A stretch of 64,000 bases of DNA from Candidatus Omnitrophota bacterium (GTDB lineage Bacteria; Omnitrophota; Gorgyraeia; Gorgyraeales; Gorgyraeaceae). The notes beneath the pieces were generated by a model. It searched no databases. It had not been told where the DNA came from and saw only the letters and a program-made list of their open reading frames with translations. The stretch lies in assembly GCA_043814965.1 (NCBI GenBank), contig JBDRJN010000006.1, positions 71,838 through 135,837 on the forward strand. The letters run 5' to 3'. Each line of letters starts with the position of its first letter. The stretch's first letter is position 1. The position numbers and the translations under genes are program-made. Shown piece after piece: positions 1 through 10,200 of the stretch.

Positions 1-2
1 AA

Positions 3-2444
3 GACATAGTAGTAGAAGAAGCGCTTTATGAGGGTGAAGCAGAATGCTATGATGACTTTGATGAGACAGGATATACCGGGGAATATGAAGACGTCGAAGA
101 GGAGGAGGATTTTGGCATATCTCAGGAAGATGATCTTGAAGACATGTATTATGATGGATACGAGCCTGAGACAAGGGCCTCCAGGAGACATCAGGGCCAG
201 AAAAAAATAAGCGGAGAGCTGCAACTCGCGCTAGGCCTTACCTCGCAGGACGTCATATGGAAAGATGCTAACGGTGATAAAGTAGGAGTGCCTTTTGAGA
301 AAAACTGGCGTTATCTTTGGGGCGATGAAAGGTACAATACATACGATAAAAAGATATACGATAGGTTAAAAATAGATATAGATACAAAAAAACAGACTGG
401 TTTTAATCTTTATAGCCAGGTTGTAATAGACCCATGGACTTTTATAGGCACAAAGGACGTGAGTATCACTAATGCTGGAGCAGCAGATGATAGATTGGAT
501 CTAACATTGAAATACTGGTCCAATACAGGAAGCACTGTAAATGAGACTTATAGGACCGACCAGGGTCATATAGTGACAATAAGAGAAGGCAAGGTCATAG
601 AGGGCGAGACATCAGAAACAAGGCCTTTGTGCTTGAATAGCCAGTCGAGAATATATAATGTTATTCCAGGCGGCCTGGATATAGAAGAGGGGTATATGCC
701 CATAAGAAAATTTTGGGTGGATTATAATACTGAAGACAAGAGTTTTAATTCAAGGCTTTTTCTCATAGCAGACCAATATCAGGCGCTTACATCGGATGAC
801 CCCTTAAGGCTTTCCAATAACCATGTTTATTGGGAAGAAAGCCCTTGGCTTGACCAGTATGAGCCTAGCAGGATATTTAATAGGCCCTGGACAGATAGCC
901 CGGTAAAGGAAGGGAAGTGGGTCAGAAGCCAGTCATACTTTACGAAAGACACTGACTATAATAGGCTTACTTTTTTAAGGGGCTTGTCTTTAAATGGGTT
1001 TCTTTCCGATAGCACATCTTATAAAATGACGTTGGCAACTCCTATGACCTTGTGGGATGATTATGAAAACAGCAATAGTATTCCCGCGGCTATCAGGCTT
1101 ATGAGCACGGTCAGCTCTAAACTGACTGTTGGTTCGATCTATACGTTTAAAGGCGGGATGAATAGCGGGACTCTTGAAGCAATGAATCAAGCCTTGGGGT
1201 TTGACGGTATATATAAACTAACTAATAGCTGGGATGTTTTTGGAGAAGTGGCTGTAAGCAGTATGGATGTAGAGGAAGCAAATGGCATGCAAAGAAATTA
1301 TGGAGGTTATGCTTATAGCACGGGCCTCAAGAGCAAACCTTTTAATACAGAATTTAAAATAGCCTATATGGATAAGGATTTTTTTCCAGCTCTCTCCAAT
1401 TATAGATATACAAGGCGCGATGAATTTTACAGTAAACATGTGAGATTTTCAAAGATGCCGGATCAGGATGAAAAAATTGCCCTAGGCGATGGCATGGATA
1501 GGGGCAGGCTTGCATTTGGAGTCGAAAACTCCAAGGATTTTTTCAATAATAGCCTAAAAGCAAGATTTAATATGAGAAATGTCCGTAAGGATGATGGGAA
1601 ACAGGTCGAGACCGTATCCAGGTTGGAGACAACGTATAATGTAGATCCTAAGACTACGCTAAAGGGCCTGGCTTATTACCAGCATCTTCCAAATACAGTT
1701 AAAGGGTATGATCCTTTGATATACGCAAAGACTTCTTACGGGCTTACGGATTATTTTAGCGAAGAAGATGTTTTTATGAAAAACTCTGCCGTAGCTGACG
1801 GGGAAGACCCTTCTATAGGGAGCTTTGGCCTAGGCGTAAGGCGCGAGCTGACTGATAATTTAGCTTGGGAGGGTGTCTATGAAAGGACCAATGACCCTGG
1901 AGATACTCCTAGAGGGATTTTAAACGGGCAATCCTATACTACTGAGGTAAGAGATGGGATAATATTTGACAAGATAGTGCCTTACCTTTACAGTCAAGGC
2001 TTTTTTGAATTACCGCCATATGATTATTATGATATCTATAAGACAAAATTTATATATAAGCCTTTTACAAAACTTACAGGGATATTGAGCTATACCCGTA
2101 ATATAAACAAACAAACTATAGGTATAGATGATAATGTCAATCATGTGGGCCTAGAGTTTGATTATAAGCATAACAAGAAACTTACGTTCGGTTTTAAATA
2201 TATCTATTCAAGGATGATAGATGTCTATAGACAGGTCAAAGGAGAGGGAGTGAACTATGACGGACATCATAATATCTTTGCAGGGCTGGATTATAACATA
2301 GACAATGATCAGAAGCTTAGTATCTTGTTTGGAGAGTTTGTCGGCTATGCGCCCCTGGATGATATGTATGCTCTTCCTAAATGGTCACTTTCTAGCTTAG
2401 ATACTCAGCATATAGTAAGGATGTTTTATAATAGAACATTTTAA
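3..2444 (+). CDS. Putative outer-membrane beta-barrel protein, 5'-truncated by the window edge
   Basis: The frame of ORF 144..2444 stays open back to position 3 (DIVVEEALYEGEAECYDDFDE...), so the true start lies upstream. The C-terminal half has alternating aromatic/hydrophobic strands and ends in ...FYNRTF, with the terminal Phe typical of BAM substrates. Confidence 0.6.
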   Translation, partial: DIVVEEALYEGEAECYDDFDETGYTGEYEDVEEEEDFGISQEDDLEDMYYDGYEPETRASRRHQGQKKISGELQLALGLTSQDVIWKDANGDKVGVPFEKNWRYLWGDERYNTYDKKIYDRLKIDIDTKKQTGFNLYSQVVIDPWTFIGTKDVSITNAGAADDRLDLTLKYWSNTGSTVNETYRTDQGHIVTIREGKVIEGETSETRPLCLNSQSRIYNVIPGGLDIEEGYMPIRKFWVDYNTEDKSFNSRLFLIADQYQALTSDDPLRLSNNHVYWEESPWLDQYEPSRIFNRPWTDSPVKEGKWVRSQSYFTKDTDYNRLTFLRGLSLNGFLSDSTSYKMTLATPMTLWDDYENSNSIPAAIRLMSTVSSKLTVGSIYTFKGGMNSGTLEAMNQALGFDGIYKLTNSWDVFGEVAVSSMDVEEANGMQRNYGGYAYSTGLKSKPFNTEFKIAYMDKDFFPALSNYRYTRRDEFYSKHVRFSKMPDQDEKIALGDGMDRGRLAFGVENSKDFFNNSLKARFNMRNVRKDDGKQVETVSRLETTYNVDPKTTLKGLAYYQHLPNTVKGYDPLIYAKTSYGLTDYFSEEDVFMKNSAVADGEDPSIGSFGLGVRRELTDNLAWEGVYERTNDPGDTPRGILNGQSYTTEVRDGIIFDKIVPYLYSQGFFELPPYDYYDIYKTKFIYKPFTKLTGILSYTRNINKQTIGIDDNVNHVGLEFDYKHNKKLTFGFKYIYSRMIDVYRQVKGEGVNYDGHHNIFAGLDYNIDNDQKLSILFGEFVGYAPLDDMYALPKWSLSSLDTQHIVRMFYNRTF

Positions 2445-2458
2445 ATAAGGAGGAACAA

Positions 2459-3691
2459 ATGTCCATAGTAAAGAACAGAGCTTTTGAAAGCCACTTGCTA
2501 TCTGACCACGAGAGTAAGAACTTCTCTATGCTGGAACTTATAAGAAAAAATGGCCCTATCACAAGAGCTGATATATCAAAGATAACAGACCTTAATATTG
2601 TAACAGTATCAAACTATATAAATAATTTTATTAAAGCAGGGCTTGTAGTAGAAGGAGGCATGGAGGCATCTTCTGGCGGCAGGAAACCTACATTGGTAAA
2701 GCTTAATGAACGGCATGGTTTTGCCATAGGCATAGACCTGGGTAATATGGAGCTAGACCCCTCCAGGATGATAGGATTGGTCACTGATCTAGCTGGGCAT
2801 GTGGTGATAAGGGTGGAAAAGACCAGGCCAAAAGACACTATGAGCAATGTAATAGAAAAATCCATTGATTTCATAGAAGAACTTATAAGCAGAAAAGAGG
2901 TAGACCGTGAAAAGGTTAAGGGCGTAGGTATCTGTATCGGGGGTGTTATAGATGAGAATATGGGCACAGTGAGAGATTCGACCAAGGATGGAGTGAGGAC
3001 AAGCTATATGGCTATAAAAAATGCCATAGAACAAAAATATGGCATGCCGTCTTTTTTGGGTAATGATGCTACATTTGCAGCATTTGGAGAAAAGATGCAT
3101 GCATTGCCCTTGGATACGGAGAATGTGATATATATGTACTCTGATGTAGGTACAGGCATTATTATAAAAGGCAATATTTATTGCGGTGCCAGCGGTTCTG
3201 CGGGAGAGATGAGCATAAATTGCCCTAGGCCGGATGATTATATCAATATAGCAAAAAATCTGTCGTTCCTGCTTCCTATGGGAGTCGATCTTGGCTTAAT
3301 AAGGCAGGTCAAGAGGCTTATAGAAGAAGGTGTTGAATCAAAGATAAAAGATGACAAAGGTAAAATAGATAATATTACATTAGAGAATATCATAGAGGCA
3401 GCAAAGTCAGGAGATAGCTTTGCTATAGAATTACTTGAGGATGCAGCAGTCAATCTAGGCCTTAGGGTAGCGTATCTAGTCAATTTGTTCAACCCTGAGA
3501 TAGTGATAATAGGCGGGGGTGTCGAAGCTGCCGGCAGTTTATTCCTGGAGCCTCTAAGAAAGACAGTTCGCAGATGGGCTTTCGAAGAACCCGCTAATGT
3601 AGTAAAGATAATACCAGCCCAGCTGGGGAAGGATGCTGTTTCTCTGGGTGGAGCAAGTGTTGTAATAAGGAACCTCTTTATAAGCGCATAA
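2459..3691 (+). CDS. ROK-family transcriptional regulator (NagC/XylR/Mlc-like)
   Basis: N-terminal HTH (LELIRKNGPITRADISKITDLNIVTVSNY), SSGGRKP linker, GIDLG, NDA, GSAGE and VNLFNPEIVIIGGG motifs. RBS AAGGAGG. Confidence 0.92.
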   Translation: MSIVKNRAFESHLLSDHESKNFSMLELIRKNGPITRADISKITDLNIVTVSNYINNFIKAGLVVEGGMEASSGGRKPTLVKLNERHGFAIGIDLGNMELDPSRMIGLVTDLAGHVVIRVEKTRPKDTMSNVIEKSIDFIEELISRKEVDREKVKGVGICIGGVIDENMGTVRDSTKDGVRTSYMAIKNAIEQKYGMPSFLGNDATFAAFGEKMHALPLDTENVIYMYSDVGTGIIIKGNIYCGASGSAGEMSINCPRPDDYINIAKNLSFLLPMGVDLGLIRQVKRLIEEGVESKIKDDKGKIDNITLENIIEAAKSGDSFAIELLEDAAVNLGLRVAYLVNLFNPEIVIIGGGVEAAGSLFLEPLRKTVRRWAFEEPANVVKIIPAQLGKDAVSLGGASVVIRNLFISA

Positions 3692-3711
3692 TTCGTACGT
3701 GATGGAAGCCA

Positions 3712-3859
3712 GGCTTACGTTCGCTCACTTTGTTCGCTCCAATTGATCAACAGTTATATCCCTCGCAACACAGTATCAAATAATGGCCGCTCGGGATTAA
3801 TTCGCACATTGGCTTACGTTCGCTCACTTTGTTCGCTCCGTAAGCCAAGTGCTCATTAA
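3712..3859. repeat. Duplicated 29-bp REP-like sequence, second copy inside a hairpin
   Basis: GGCTTACGTTCGCTCACTTTGTTCGCTCC at 3712-3740 and 3811-3839. The second copy is closed by the stems TTGGCTTACG/CGTAAGCCAA, GCAC/GTGC and TTAA/TTAA (3797-3859). Confidence 0.8.
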
Positions 3860-3879
3860 CCGTATCAAAACCGTATCAA
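3858..3879 (+). promoter_or_regulatory. Perfect 11-bp tandem direct repeat upstream of the -35 (candidate operator)
   Basis: AACCGTATCAA x2, ending 18 bp before TTGACA. The regulatory function is inferred. Confidence 0.45.
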
Positions 3880-3897
3880 TAAAGTTGTAACGCTATA

Positions 3898-3926
3898 TTG
3901 ACAAATAATTAGTAGTATGATATACT
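3898..3926 (+). promoter_or_regulatory. Sigma70-type promoter of the TolC/RND operon
   Basis: TTGACA-N17-TATACT with extended -10 TG. RBS AGGAGA precedes ATG 3949. Confidence 0.75.
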
Positions 3927-3948
3927 TCTCCATTAACTAGGAGAAAGT

Positions 3949-5829
3949 ATGCAAAAAAAGCGTATCATACTACTAAACCTTATTGGAATTGCTGTTTTTA
4001 TAGTAGCATTTCAAACCGTATCATTTCCTTATAATACTGATAATACCACAGAATCTTTAACCAAATATATAGTAAATATATCAAGGGATATATCTAACTC
4101 TATCTTTCCTTATCCAAAATCTTCCATAGTCACTGATTCTAAAGGCAGCCTAAAACTAAAGATGCTTATCTCTCCATGGGGAGAGCTCAAAGATGTATAT
4201 ATTTATGAGTCATCCGGAAGCGATGAACTTGATAGTATATGCCTGCAGGCTGTATGGTCCAATGATAGGTATGAGCCTTTCCCAGAAGCCCTTGGCGAGG
4301 AAGAGAGGTGGATAGATATCCCTGTATTATTTGAGAATATCAAAGAAACACCAGAGTATATTTTGGATGATACGGATATGGATGTTCATTTATCAAGCAG
4401 AGACCTATTGGGTATTGATAGGGATGTGCTGCCGGAAGGGAATGCGTCAGGCAGTACCCATGTCTTAGGAATAGAAGAAGCTATAGATATTGCGATGGAA
4501 AATCATACACCTGCCGAGATCGCAAGAGATGAGATAAGCCTTTCAAACCTTAAGATGAAGGAGGCCAAGAGAGCGCTTTTCCCTACAGGAAGCCTTAATA
4601 TGCTTGAGACAATAGGAAGGACTACGGAGCGTACCCAGGATTTTACTGATAGGGAATATAAATTAAAATTTGAATACCCGCTCTTTTATGGCTGGAGATT
4701 GCGATACGCAGTTGAAAAGGCAAGGGCCAATATAAAGACATCAGAAGAGAATTATGATAAGGTATTGCAGGATCTCAGGGGAGAAGTAGAGGCGGCTTTT
4801 TATTCATACGTAGCAAAAAAGTCAAATCTAAAGCTGCAGCGTAACCTTCTAGAGAGCGTAAAAGGTGTCTTTGATATTGCAAAAAAAAGGCATGCGCTAG
4901 GGCTTAGCACCAACTCAGAGTTCTTACAGGTACAATCGCAGATGGAGCAGGTCAATTACCAAGTCGTCTCCAGCGAGAACGATCTTTCTATAGCAAAGCT
5001 TACTTTACAGCAGGCTGTAAACCTGGAGGATACTAAAGAACTTGAAAAATTGATAGATATGGATGTTGATATAGAGGATCTCAAGCCTTTGTCTATAGAC
5101 GCTCCCCTTGAAAAATGCCTGGAGCTGGCATTTAAATACAGGCCTGATCTAAAGGCAAAAAAGCACAATATCGAGTTTAATGAATACGAGGATAGGATCC
5201 AGAAAAGCAAGGACCAGATAAAAGTAGACCTTACTGGTTCTTATGGCCGTTCAGGGGGTGCTTTTCAATCCGAAAGCTTGCTCCTTTCAAATGATTGGTA
5301 TCTGGGATTAAAGGCATCCAAACCTCTTGGCGTAAATACACTCTCAACTGCTATGACAAAAGAGGAGACTACGGAAAAACACGGACAGACCTCCAGGACA
5401 GAATCAATGAGCCGTTCATTAGAATTGGGATTGATCGACAATCTGCAGTCCTTTTCCGAGAAGAAGACAAGCGAGATAGCCCTTAAGAAGGCAAAGGATG
5501 AATTAGACCAGATGAAAGATGCTATCATCAAAGAAATAAACGAGGCCTATTTAAGTTATAAAAAAGAGATAATGCAAGTAGCCTCCAGTTTAAATAAGAT
5601 CAATTATAAGGAAGAAGAACTTAATATCGCAAAGGCTCGTTTAGACCTGAACGAGATACCGTATTCACAGCTTATACAGGCATATATGACTCTTAACGAT
5701 GAAAAGACTTATTATGTCGAGGCAATAGGAAGTCTTTATCAGTCATTGTCCACTTTAAATAAGGCTACGGGGTATACATTATTTTTGGACAGTGAGAACT
5801 TTATGTTAGCAGATTCGAGGAAGAAATGA
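3949..5829 (+). CDS. TolC-family outer-membrane factor with N-terminal TonB-C-terminal-like domain
   Basis: Signal peptide, then YP...GSLKLKMLISPWGELKDVYIYESSGSDELDSICLQAV...YEPFP...IDIPVLF (TonB_C pattern), then two OEP repeats (LGIEEAIDIAMENH...; LEKCLELAFKYRPDL...). Confidence 0.85.
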   Translation: MQKKRIILLNLIGIAVFIVAFQTVSFPYNTDNTTESLTKYIVNISRDISNSIFPYPKSSIVTDSKGSLKLKMLISPWGELKDVYIYESSGSDELDSICLQAVWSNDRYEPFPEALGEEERWIDIPVLFENIKETPEYILDDTDMDVHLSSRDLLGIDRDVLPEGNASGSTHVLGIEEAIDIAMENHTPAEIARDEISLSNLKMKEAKRALFPTGSLNMLETIGRTTERTQDFTDREYKLKFEYPLFYGWRLRYAVEKARANIKTSEENYDKVLQDLRGEVEAAFYSYVAKKSNLKLQRNLLESVKGVFDIAKKRHALGLSTNSEFLQVQSQMEQVNYQVVSSENDLSIAKLTLQQAVNLEDTKELEKLIDMDVDIEDLKPLSIDAPLEKCLELAFKYRPDLKAKKHNIEFNEYEDRIQKSKDQIKVDLTGSYGRSGGAFQSESLLLSNDWYLGLKASKPLGVNTLSTAMTKEETTEKHGQTSRTESMSRSLELGLIDNLQSFSEKKTSEIALKKAKDELDQMKDAIIKEINEAYLSYKKEIMQVASSLNKINYKEEELNIAKARLDLNEIPYSQLIQAYMTLNDEKTYYVEAIGSLYQSLSTLNKATGYTLFLDSENFMLADSRKK

Positions 5830-7112
5830 TCAATACTAAAAAAATACTCATTGGTTTTATAGCGCTATGGGTATTGGGGTTTTTGATTATCTGGGGGATC
5901 ACACTTTCCAAAAGAGGTTCCGCAAAGAAAAAACCTGTCTCTTCATTTGATATGGAGCAGCTCGAGAAAGAAGATATGAGTATAGAGGGAGAAGAGGGGC
6001 TTGAACTAGCTACCGATGAAGTTGGTATGATGGATGGACTTATTGATTCTCAGGGTATGCCTTCTCAATCCCCGGACATGCAGCAGCAAGGCACCCAGGG
6101 GACAGAGGCCTTGCCTGTCAGATGTTATAAGATCAGCCTTATGGATTTTAAAGATGACCTGCCTGTAATGGGTATTGTAAAGGGTTCTTCAGAGATAGAG
6201 CTTAAGTTTGAGATAAACGGCGTGATCGAATCTATAAATTTCAGAGAAGGGGATGTTGTCTATAAAGACGACAAGATAGCTAACCTTGACAAAAAAGACG
6301 CAAAACTTAAGGTAGAATATTCAAAGAGTAAACTCGATTCTTCTAAGGCGCAGGCCCTGGCAGCTAAGAAAAAATTAGAGATACATAAGGATCTTTATGA
6401 TATAGGAGCTATTATAAAGGCAAAGCTGGAGGAAGTTGAACTTGAGGCAAGGGCAGCAGAGCTCCAGGCAAAGTCTGCAGAAGTGGAACTCAAGTCAGCG
6501 GAAGAAGAGTTAAATAAAACAGATATGTATGCGCCGAGAGATGGGGTGCTTGGTTCGCGTGATGCCGAGGTGGGAGAATTTGTAACTCCTCAAAATAAGA
6601 TAGGGACTCTTTATGATACAGCCCAGGTATTCGTAGAATTGGGTATAGTGGAAAGAGACATAGACAAGATCGCATTGGCCCAGGATGTTGTAGTGACTGT
6701 TGATACTTATCCTGACATGGTATTTACAGGTACTGTTGACAATGTGTTTCCTATAGTTGAAGGCAAATCAAGGACCCTTACTGTCAGGGTAGGAATAGAT
6801 AACGAGGATAACCTGCTTTTACCTGGCATGTTCGCAAGGGCAAAGATCACTATAGCTCAGTTCGAAGATGCGATAGTGATACCTAGCTTTGCATTGGATA
6901 AGACAGACGAAGGATACAAGGTCTTTGTAGTATCTCAAAGCAACATAGCGTCTCCCAGGGATATAGAAGTAGAATATGTGACTACGGATTATACAGTGAT
7001 CCAGTCTGGTTTGAGCGAGGGAGAAGTAGTTGTTATAGATGCGCCTCAGGAATTAAAAGATGGCGTGCCTGTAAATATCATAGATCTGCAGGAAAGCAGC
7101 GCTAAAGAGTAA
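5826..7112 (+). CDS. RND efflux periplasmic adaptor (membrane fusion protein)
   Basis: N-terminal TM anchor, lipoyl half-motifs (GVIESINFREGDVV; APRDGVL), alpha-hairpin, LLPGMFA and GLSEGEVVV. Confidence 0.92.
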   Translation: MINTKKILIGFIALWVLGFLIIWGITLSKRGSAKKKPVSSFDMEQLEKEDMSIEGEEGLELATDEVGMMDGLIDSQGMPSQSPDMQQQGTQGTEALPVRCYKISLMDFKDDLPVMGIVKGSSEIELKFEINGVIESINFREGDVVYKDDKIANLDKKDAKLKVEYSKSKLDSSKAQALAAKKKLEIHKDLYDIGAIIKAKLEEVELEARAAELQAKSAEVELKSAEEELNKTDMYAPRDGVLGSRDAEVGEFVTPQNKIGTLYDTAQVFVELGIVERDIDKIALAQDVVVTVDTYPDMVFTGTVDNVFPIVEGKSRTLTVRVGIDNEDNLLLPGMFARAKITIAQFEDAIVIPSFALDKTDEGYKVFVVSQSNIASPRDIEVEYVTTDYTVIQSGLSEGEVVVIDAPQELKDGVPVNIIDLQESSAKE

Positions 7113-7120
7113 ATATTGGA

Positions 7121-7230
7121 TCACACAGATGGCTACAGATTAAAAAATACAAGATGGTCGCAGATGATAGGATCTCTGTGTTCATCTGTGACAACTTAAA
7201 CTTAACGTGAAATCTGAGATTATCTGTGTA
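7121..7230. repeat. CAGAT/ATCTG short-unit inverted repeat cluster
   Basis: CACACAGATG GCTACAGATT ... GTCGCAGATG followed by inverted units CTCTGTG, CATCTGTG, AATCTGAG and TATCTGTG between the MFP and RND genes. Confidence 0.6.
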
Positions 7231-7232
7231 TT

Positions 7233-10200
7233 ATGAGCCTTCCACATTTTTCAGTAGATAAACCCGTAACAACATCCATGATATTCGTAGGCATACTGCT
7301 TTTGGGAGTCATATCCCTGACGCGCCTGCCTCAAGAGCTTTTTCCATCCGTAAATTTTCCTCAACTTACAATAGTCACGACTTATGAGAATGCTGCCCCT
7401 GAAGAAGTCGAGACATTGATAACAAAGATCATAGAAGAGACAGTAGGGACCGTAGGGAGCATCAAGAGGGTAAGCTCTATATCGAAAGAGGGAGTTTCTA
7501 TAGTCACTGCTGAGTTCAATTGGGGCACCAATATGGATTTTGCCTCATTAGGCGTAAGGGAAAAGATAGACCTTGTAAAGGAACGCCTTCCCCTGGGATC
7601 AGCTGACCCGATAGTGATGAAGTTCAATCCATTTGAACTCCCGGTTGTTACCCTTAGTGTTACAGGAAAACATTCTCCAGCTGAGCTTCTGCGCCTTTCA
7701 AGAAAATTCATCAAGGATGAATTGGAAAAAGTCGAAGGAGTAGCTTCTTGCAGTGTGAACGGAGGCCTTGAAAGAGAGATACTTGTCTCAGTGGACGCGG
7801 GAAGGCTTTACGCGTCAAAAATAGCTATTACAAAGATCGTTGATGGCCTGCGTTCGTCAAACCTCAATTATCCTGCAGGCACAATAGAAGAACATTTTTA
7901 TGAGTATCTTATCAGGACTATGGGAGAGTTCAAGCTGATACCAGAGATACAAGAGACGATTATAGGCAAGGACGAGGAAGAAGACAAAGGGTACATGAAC
8001 CCGAATCGGGAGGAGGCAAAGACCGATATCAGGGCATCGCGTTTGATATTACTTAAAGATGTAGCAGAGATAAAAGACACATTTCAGGAAAAGACAAACA
8101 TCTCCAGGTACAATGGCAAAGAAAATATCTCAGTTTCAGTGCAAAAACAAGCAAGCGCGAATACATTGCGTGTCGCTGATAAGGTAAGGGATAAATTAGA
8201 AGATATCAAAAGAGATCTCCCGAAGGGCATGGATGTCACGATAATATACGACCAGTCGATATTTATCAAAAAATCAATAAGCGGAGTGATGGACGCGGCT
8301 GTGCAGGGAGGCATGCTTGCATTTATAGTGCTTTTTGTGTTCTTAAGGAATGTCAAGGCGTCTTTCGTAGTAGCGTTTTCAATGCCTGTAAGTATCATGG
8401 TGGCGTTTACGCTTATGTATTTTAACGGTATCACATTGAATATGCTTTCCCTTGGAGGCCTCGCGCTCGGTATAGGTATGCTTGTCGATAATGCTATAGT
8501 CGTCATAGAGAATATCTATGTCCATTTTAATAGGACCAGGGATATGAAGGAATCCAGTAAGTTCGGGGCGAGCGAGATGTCAGCGAACCTGTTTTCATCC
8601 ACGCTTACTACAGTAGCGGTATTTTTACCTATGGTGTTTGTCGTCGGAGTAGCCGGGCAGTTGTTCAAAGAACTCGCGTTTACTGTTATATTCTCACTGT
8701 TAGCGTCTTTATTGGTGGCATTGTCATTGATACCGCGCTTGGCAGCAATGGGGGGCAGTAATCCAAAAAAAGTAAAGGCTATATCCACGGCGAATTTTAC
8801 ATTTGGACTTGGACCTATATATAATAAATTTATACCTATAGTATTAAGGTTTAGATGGTTATTTTTACTTTTCGTGATGGGAATTTTTGTATTGAGTATA
8901 GGGCTATTTCCATTCATAGATAAAGAATTCATGCCAAAGGTAGACCAAAGAGAATTTATCATGAGAGTGAACATGCCGAACGGGACAAGGCTTAATATAA
9001 CAGACAGGGTAGTGAAAAGAGTAGAAAATATACTCCTCGAGACCAAAGAATTAGAAGGTATAGCTGTTACTATAGGTTCCAGTAAAAGTAAGGGTGATTC
9101 ACAGAGCCTGGAGATGATGAGCTCTTCGCAGTCACAGATCATAGTGGCATTAAAAAAGGACAGAAAACTGGCCCATACTTCTAAGGTCATAGAAAGGCTG
9201 AAAGACCAATTTGACAAGTTGAACCTGGAAGGCGCTGAAATAGAATATATACTCCAGGAGAGCTTTTTTAAATCAGCGATGCAGGGATCAGCCCCGATCG
9301 TAATAGAGATAAAAGGTAAAAACCTTGAAAATATAGAGGAGGTATCTAAATACATACAGGAAAACATTGCGAACATAGGAGGTATCTATGGCGTGCGTAC
9401 AAGCCTTTCCGAGCCTTCTCCTGAGACAAAAGTAAATGTCATACAGGATAGGGCTGCGCTTTACAATCTTTCTACAGGAGTCATCTCCCAGGCAGCTCAT
9501 GCTGCTATAAAGGGAGCCGTGGCTACTAAATTTAAGGAAGAGGGCAAGGAGATAGATATAAGGGTAAGGCTTAGGAATGAGGACCGTTCCAAGCTTTCTA
9601 ACCTCAGAAATATTCTTATACATTCCCCGCTTGATATAGAAGTGCCCCTGTCGGAAGTAGCATATATCACGCAAGGCGTCGGGCCCAGCGAGATAAAACG
9701 CCTTGACCAGCAGAGGGTTATCCTCGTGACAGCTAATCTGTCCGAACGGCCTCTTAATAAAGTAATAAAAGATGTGGAGGTATTGATAAAAGAGACAGAA
9801 GAGACGATGGCTGAAAAGATAAATGCTTCTAAATCCGCAGAAAAGGATATTACAATAACGCTGTCTGGAGAAAGCCAGCAAATGGGGGAGAGCTTTAGTT
9901 CTTTGGCATTTGCTTTGATGCTTTCAATACTCCTGGTATACATGATAATGGCTTCGCAGTTTGAATCATTATGGCAGCCTTTTATAATAATGTTCACTAT
10001 GCCTTTATCCCTTACAGGGGTTTTCGCGATTTTATTTATTACGCGTACTCCTATAAGCGTCGTTGTCATGCTCGGAGTCATAATCCTGGGAGGCATTGTC
10101 GTTAATAATGGTATTATTTTAATAGATTGCATCAATGCGCTTGTAAAAGAAGGCAAAACTATAATGGAGGCTGCTATAGAATCCGGCAGCGCAAGGCTCA

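Noticed and set aside
28-210. 60-aa ORF overlapping the first gene
   Set aside because: Alternative frame within the longer open frame that runs in from the window edge.
3712-3839. Possible mini-CRISPR (two 29-bp repeats)
   Set aside because: Only two copies, a 70-bp spacer, no cas genes, and the second copy sits in a REP-like stem.
8440-8520. Single Asp (VDN) instead of AcrB's DD proton-relay pair as a sign of inactive pumps
   Set aside because: DN at this position is common in functional non-AcrB RND subfamilies, so it is not evidence of inactivation.
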